NCBI GenBank assembly: GCA_046563655.1
Contig: CM102289.1
Coordinates: 620,001-684,000 of the forward strand
Reading direction: 5' to 3'
Source of the DNA: Yuukianura sp. NJ FZ-2021
Taxonomy: Eukaryota
Length of the DNA stretch: 64,000 nucleotides
Numbering within the stretch: position 1 is the stretch's first letter; each line of letters opens with the position of its first letter. The notes under the pieces were generated by a model. It made no database searches. It saw only the letters and a list, made by a program, of their open reading frames with translations, and was not told the DNA's origin. Both the position numbers and the translations under genes were made by a program. Shown piece after piece: positions 57,936 to 64,000 of the stretch.

Positions 57936-59772
57936 ATGTTAAAGATAGCACAAAGGAGTGGAGGAATAGCAAATTGTTGTCTAACAAATATACTGCGAAA
58001 GGATCCAAATCCAAGTCAGCTTCGATTCTCGTCTTCTGTGCAATACTTTAGAACGTTGGAGTCAGACCCGGTAGGTTAATTAGCAATTGATCAATTGAAT
58101 ACTAAGTTAATTGAGAAAAAAGTTATGTATTTTGATGAAAATGGACTGTATGTTGGTTTTTAGACAAAGCATGAAGGCTCACATGTGGGACGATTCTATA
58201 CAATTCCTCCAGACGACTACACGAGACTCTTTGGATCTATCACGGGAGGATTTCCGTCTACTTTCAGAGATCAATGCCGAGTTTTCCACGAATGCTGCCT
58301 CCTTGTTCGCTCACCGTTCATGGATTTGAAAAACTGTATTGAAGCCTATCCATCAACGTTTCCAACTTTGAAGTATCTGCTGTGTAAGTTACATGAGCGA
58401 CGCTTACTAAACGTCGTGATGAACTTAATTACTTTTGTAGATGGAAAGCCCGGAAGTGGCAAAACAAGCACATTGTGTCACTTGTTGCATTACGGCTACT
58501 TGAAGGAATACGTTCTCGTCAACATCACTTGGGGTAAGTCAATATCACATTGACTTCATATCTCTACAGGATTCAGAGGATTAGTCAGACCCAAGATTTA
58601 CATTGTAACTGGATTGACTTTGACTTTGATATTTCAACGTTAATTGATCTTATTGGTTTTTAGTGCCAATCATGACCCGATTTGCCAAGGAGTATCAACC
58701 GAGCACCAAACGCCCAGGAAACTTTGATCATACAACCAACGCTGTTGCTTGGCTGGCTCACTTTAGACATCAAAACGCAACTCTACTTACGAAACTTGAT
58801 GTAAGTTGAGAAATAAGTGGAGTAGAAGGAGAAGTGACAGTGACTAAACTGTTTTCTGCTTTGATTTTCGTAGCTAAAGACCAGTCAAGACTACGATTGG
58901 ACCCAGAGGGAGCAAACTCCGAAGGGATCTGACCTCACCGAACTTATTGAACACGGGATTGCTCGGCCTGTCCATGCCTCTGAGTGCATTTATGCCATGA
59001 TCCATGAACTTAAATTGGCCTCAACAGCTGGAAAGTAAGCGGCTTAGAATTTTTTGAACTTTGGATTTTGGATCTAGAACAATTCCGGATATTAGTCACA
59101 TTTCATTGGTTTTGTTTCAGATGTCGCACAATGGTGACGATTGACGGTGTGAATGCCTTTTACTATGAGGCATGCAGAATCAAAGATGACCGACGTAATA
59201 TTGTCGATCCAAACAAAATTACACTTTATGAAGCCTTCAAACAGCTTTTCAGATCTGACTGGGTATTTCCAAGTTTAACTGACAATTAAATGATTAGTTA
59301 ATTGATGTTGTAAGTAATTTAGCACGAGACGTGTGACTTTACTTTCAGTCGGGCGGTGTCGTAACGTGTGTTGTCGACGCTTTGGCAATCAAGGACGACT
59401 TTAGGACGTCTGATCTCCCGCGACATTTACTTACAAAACAGGTAAATAGCGTCATACGGTTTCAAAATCCATGGCCACATCTCACAAAGTGACTTTGTCA
59501 AAGTCACTTCAAAACTCTTTTCATTCTCCTTTAGCACTAAAATCACCGTTTTTGTCTTTTTTTGCTTTCAGGGATGGGAGGACTTTGACCCGTTCGTGCC
59601 AATTCCAGTTGACCTCTACAGTTCTGCTGAAATCCAGACAACAATTGACTATTATCTAGATAGGAAGTGGTTGGCCCACCCCTGTGCCACTTCTAGAGAA
59701 GCTAGAATGGAATTGGAAGTTTTATCCTGCAATAATCCTTACACTCTCATGGAATTAGCTGCATCTCGATAG
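57936..59772 (+). CDS. mRpS29: Mitochondrial ribosomal protein S29 / DAP3, multi-exon
   Basis: P-loop GKPGSGKTSTLCHLLHY, VTIDGVNAF, GWEDFDPFVPI, WLAHP. Confidence 0.9.
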
Positions 59773-60024
59773 TCGATAGTAAATCTATGATATTAAAAAC
59801 CTTTATCCACAGTTTTTGCAAATCTGAGTTTGAAATTGATTATTTTCTTTCTAAAGAGGATTAGTAAATAGGATTAGTTTTTGTTATAAAAATTACGAGG
59901 TCATTGACCTCCTGAAGCAAGTAGTGAGTTGCGCTGGCAACGGGGGACGAGCATACTCGAGTGTTTGTAAACAGAAGGGTGACATTTCCGCTCCCACTTC
60001 CCTCCCACTCTGCAGAGAAGAAGG

Positions 60025-60051
60025 TATAAAAGGGCTTGCAGCGTCAGAATT
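60025..60051 (+). promoter_or_regulatory. Putative TATA box and Inr of the HMG/protamine-like gene
   Basis: tataaaag at 60025 and tcagaatt ~20 bp downstream. Confidence 0.4.
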
Positions 60052-60149
60052 TCCCTCGGTATCATTTTAACTCTCGAACGGTGAGGACGTCTCTTCTTTT
60101 TCTTCTTTTTTTGACCTCTACTCACTCCGTTTTGACCGAAAGTAGAACA

Positions 60150-61085
60150 ATGGCTGAACCAGGTTAGTGCCTTGTCCACTTGGCTAGTCACCACAGTCTC
60201 ACCTCATCTTTCTTTTTTCAGGAGACAACTGTGGACCGACCACCGAATCCGAAGATCCATTCGTCCCAGACGAAGTCGTGGACCGCGTTAGCCCTGGATC
60301 GGGTCAAGAAGAGACCAAGTCGCGTCGAACCGCCAAACCTTCCGGAAAGACAGGGAAACGACGTGCTTCCGGCTCATGTACTCCGGAAACAAAGGGACCG
60401 AAACGTCGTCGCCGCGTGGTGACCTGGAAGGCAAGTACCAAACGACGTCGCTCGGTCACTAAGAAGTCGGGAGGCTCCAAACGTCGCTGCACCAACACAG
60501 CCAATCCGAAACGTCGCCGTGGCAACACCAAGAAGGGACGGAGCTGCAGTGGTGGTGGACGAGTCCCGGGTCTCAACGGTAGTCCGTGTATCCGGCGGCC
60601 CGGAGGACCTCGTGGCATCATTAAGAAGTAAGATGCTAAATAACTTTACTTTTTAATAAAATTCATTGATTACTTAATTGATTACTTCTTTTACACAGGC
60701 CAAGCAAACCGACCGGCCAGCGATGTTCGTCTCCTTCTGTGAAGAAACCTCGGAAAAACTTCAAGCCTGCCGTTGGACCGGAAAATCGTAAACGCCCTCC
60801 TGGAGTCTTCGTTTCTTACTACTTGGACCTGCTCAAGGCAAGTTTAAATTAAGTTTTCAACTAAAGTTGACTTTTTAAAACTGTTTTAAAAAGTTTAATT
60901 TTGGTTTTTAGAGAGATCAGAAGGAGGTGGGGAAAAAAGGCAAGCGGCCTCCAATTCTTACGACGGTCAAGAAGGCTAGCGAGCGTTGGAAGGGACTGGA
61001 CGAAGGCACCAAGGAGCGCTACCGCAAGAAGTACTGCGCTGAGTGGAAGCGGATCAAGAACCGTCGTGCCAATGGTTGCTGCTGA
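60150..61085 (+). CDS. Arg/Lys/Cys-rich protamine-like protein with a C-terminal HMG box; exons 60150-60162, 60222-60627, 60699-60837, 60912-61085
   Basis: KRRR repeats, then RKRPPGVFVSYYLDLLK..TVKKASERWKGLDEGTKERYRKKY..EWKR; requires a GC-AG third intron. Confidence 0.75.
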
Positions 61086-61378
61086 ACTCTTCTTAACAAA
61101 AAGTCAACAGCAAGCTGTAAACGTATCATAACGTACGAAAAATTCCAAATTGTCTGTGATACTTCGTTCCAAACTGAAATTAACGTAACTCAACGAATCA
61201 AATCGTAATTCAAATACTTCAAAACTTAAATCTTATCATGTATAAAAGCATCCATTTCAAACTTGAATTTTTATTGAAGTTCTGAAGTTTTAATTCAAGT
61301 TTACTTTTAATTAATTTGTTACTTTTTATGGTTTACTTAATTATTGTATTAATTATTTCTTCCATTAAGTTAAGTTTA

Positions 61379-62997
61379 TTAATTAGTTTTAGTTGATTTG
61401 TCGCTTGGTGTCGGTTGACGAGCTTCCTCAGATAGACGGAAGAAGCTGAAGATGGCCCAGTGGTCGCTCGGGAACGATTGAGTTCCTTCGACACGTTCGA
61501 TTCCAGTGACTCCGAAAAACTCCGGGGTGAGAGCTTGGAGTTGAGAGTGACGGAAGTACAAACGGTCGAATCTGCATCTCGGTTGGAACTTGGACGGCAT
61601 CTGTAACAAAACCACCTTGTTAGAAGGAATGGCAATGAAGTTGGCGGTAAAACTTTCAAAATGAGAAAGTGACACGGACACCCTCTGTCCGGACACTTAT
61701 GTCACGACTGGAGATGAGTCTGTGACATGAGAGTCAGCTACTACTTACTTGCTTGTTTTTATTTCGAGTGAGATCCCAAGTGTAGCGACAGGTTTCACGA
61801 CTTCCGCACTGCACCCACAGATCACAGATATTTGGCGGGAGTATGCCTTCAACCTTTTGAGAAAAAGTTTGATTACTTCAAACTTTTATACTTGGAATAC
61901 TGGAATACTAAAAATATTTGGAATACTTGGATACTGACCTCTTTGTCCCTCAGGTTGAGGTCACCACCGAAGATGACGTTGTATTCAGGCGGAATGACAA
62001 GGGCATGGTCAAAGCAAATCTTCAGTTGGCGTTTACGTTCAGCCGAGAAATCAGCTGTGCTCTCCAAGTGCGTGTTGAGTAAAAAGAGTTTGACTTGACC
62101 GATGAATGCCTAAGAGAAAGTCAATGTTTGATATCTGCGTCAGTTTACTTCGATAGTTGAATAAAGAAAAAGTTGACCTCTGACCTTGGTGACAAGTAGA
62201 TTTCGATCCATGGATGTATTAGGATATGGGATGATGTAGTCCTCCTCATGGAACACTTTGTTGTGACGAAGGAAGGTTGCAGTGAAGTACTGGGCCATTG
62301 GATTGTTGGTTCCGATCACAGGAAAATACTTGTGCATAAGTTTACGAGCGATGAAATCAAACGTAGCAGGGATGAGTTCTTGAAAAAAGATGATATCATG
62401 ATTCTCTCTGTGAAAAAAACATTGAACAATTAGATCCAAAAATGATGCTTCAGTTAATCGATTACTTACTTTTCAATGAGCGCTATAACTGCATCTGTTC
62501 TCTTTTCCAAGTTCACTTCGTCTAATCCATCCAGATTCCAGCTGATCACCGAGAACTTCTCTGGAGCCCATTTAGAAAAAGATTTGTTCCCATCATCATG
62601 ACCAGCTTTGTCCTCGTCCATGTCATCCAGAGTAACTTCCAAATGTGGCTTCTTTTGGTTCTGTTGTTGTGGTGATGGGGACAGTATGACGACATCGTCG
62701 TCGTCGCTCTTTTGCCCAACTTCATCTCCATTTCCGTCCAAAAAGACATCAATAGCAGTCTGCAACAGATTAAAATCTAACTAATTCCAATTCCAAACAA
62801 CCCCAACTGTTAGCAATTGTTGTCACCTGAATGTTCCATTTATGTCGTTCCAACATCGTTTTGGCCTCTGCCTCATCCACACTACAAATACTGCTGAGGT
62901 CCCGTACTAACTGTGACTTCAAACCATCGTTCAAATCAATGATGACGTTTCGCACTTCGACTCCAGCGGTATCCTCTGTTCCGTGTCCAGTATCCAT
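61379..62997 (-). CDS. TDP2: Tyrosyl-DNA phosphodiesterase 2 (UBA + EEP), multi-exon
   Basis: UBA-like N-terminus, SWNLDGLD, FFQE, THLES, FGGDLNLRD, RFDR, FPSDHW. Confidence 0.93.
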
Positions 62998-63300
62998 TGA
63001 TTAGTAATCGGTTTATCCAAAAACAAGGTTTGCCAAGGTCGATTTTGCGACAGCCTACAGCCGGAAGTATAAAATAAATCAGTATTTATCATTTTAATCC
63101 AACAATTACACTAATTTAAAGGATTCCATACGATAAAGCCATTCTTACCTAACTCTTATCCAGCGATCGTCGTCTTCTACTCGAATTGTTAGCTAATTAA
63201 TCAGTAATCACGATTTAAAATTTGCAAATTCCGGAAAAGTTCGATTTACTAACCTGCAATTTCCTATCTAAAAATGTAAACAAACAAGGTTTGGTTGAAG

Positions 63301-63509
63301 TAAGGATTATATACAATTCTTGTTATTTCCGGTGTAGCTAATTCCACCATTTTTCGTTTGTACACTGTGCGGTAAATTATGTGGCCACTTTAAATTAGGC
63401 TAAGTTAAGGTGGCAACTTAAGTTGCCCCTCAAGTGTAGCCACGCAATGTAGCCACTAAAAACAAATGAGTTGCTACTAGATGGCTACAACAACGTTCCT
63501 CAATCCTTA
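63301..63509. mobile_element. Degenerate copy of the 5748-5976 palindromic element
   Basis: Ends taaggatt / aatcctta; shares tacactgtg, acttaagttgcc and gtgtagccac with the 5.8-kb copy; decayed ttagg core. Confidence 0.65.
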
Positions 63510-63717
63510 TTTGCACCAAAAATTGCCCCGCGGTTTTGCGGAGGTCGCCTAATCCTCTGAATTCGTCGGAAATTACGAGAATGTTCTACTTTGGTTAGAG
63601 TGCGGATTAAATAACCGTTGTGACCACACGGTGTACATTTTAAACTAAAATTTGTTAAACTTTGTATGTAATTTTTTAACATAAATTTGTAAACTGATTT
63701 TGAGAACATTGTCAATG

Positions 63718-64000
63718 TTATGAGGTTACGTCACTGTAGGAAGGAAAAGCAAAAAGCCACAGGATGAAAGCCACTAACGTAAAAACTATAAAGACTATGC
63801 GGTCCAGAATGAGGGCAACAAAAGCGCAGTCGTGGGGTCGAACGCTGGCGTCTGCGTTACTCGGATGCCCATCATCCACCAGTTCAATTCCATCTGCAGG
63901 AGTTGTCTTGTGATTTATTCCAAGCAACGCTCCGAGTTTTGATAGACGCTCCAAAATTATTTTACTCAACTGCAAACCCAATTTGAATTTTAAATTTTGC
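63718..64000 (-). CDS. 3' end of a Cys-loop ligand-gated ion channel (nAChR-like, TM4), partial
   Basis: FVALILDRIVFIVFTLVAFILW matches the MA-helix/TM4 pattern; the gene continues beyond the window. Confidence 0.7.
   Translation of the reverse strand, partial: QNLKFKLGLQLSKIILERLSKLGALLGINHKTTPADGIELVDDGHPSNADASVRPHDCAFVALILDRIVFIVFTLVAFILWLFAFPSYSDVTS

Overview
AT-rich, intron-dense eukaryotic DNA from a hexapod. Compact housekeeping genes, insect-type GRs and an OBP, and TTAGG repeats point to this; a springtail such as Folsomia is my inference and is not verified. Housekeeping genes: mRpL32, ADAT2, KLHL10, PIGF, tamo/SPATA2-like, SURF6, mARC, DAP3/mRpS29, TDP2. Accessory genes: a stonustoxin-like pore-forming toxin, a WAP peptide, a double-CAP protein, two intronless gustatory receptors, a His-rich OBP, a Cys-rich peptide and a protamine-like HMG-box protein. 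The most notable element is a tandem array of three genes (30.2-54.1 kb, minus strand). Each encodes a signal peptide, a ~480-aa LRR-like ectodomain and an FMRFamide-receptor-like rhodopsin GPCR. Paralog differences concentrate at the LRR beta-strand positions, as in variable pattern-recognition receptors. Copy 1 is intact and copy 2 has a frameshift. Copy 3 is disrupted by a TIR element, a 1.8-kb duplication and a Gypsy element with a nested full-length BEL/Pao element. Several MITEs are also present, including TTAGG-centred palindromes, one family of which recurs near housekeeping gene starts. Family assignments come from motif recognition only; no database search was run.
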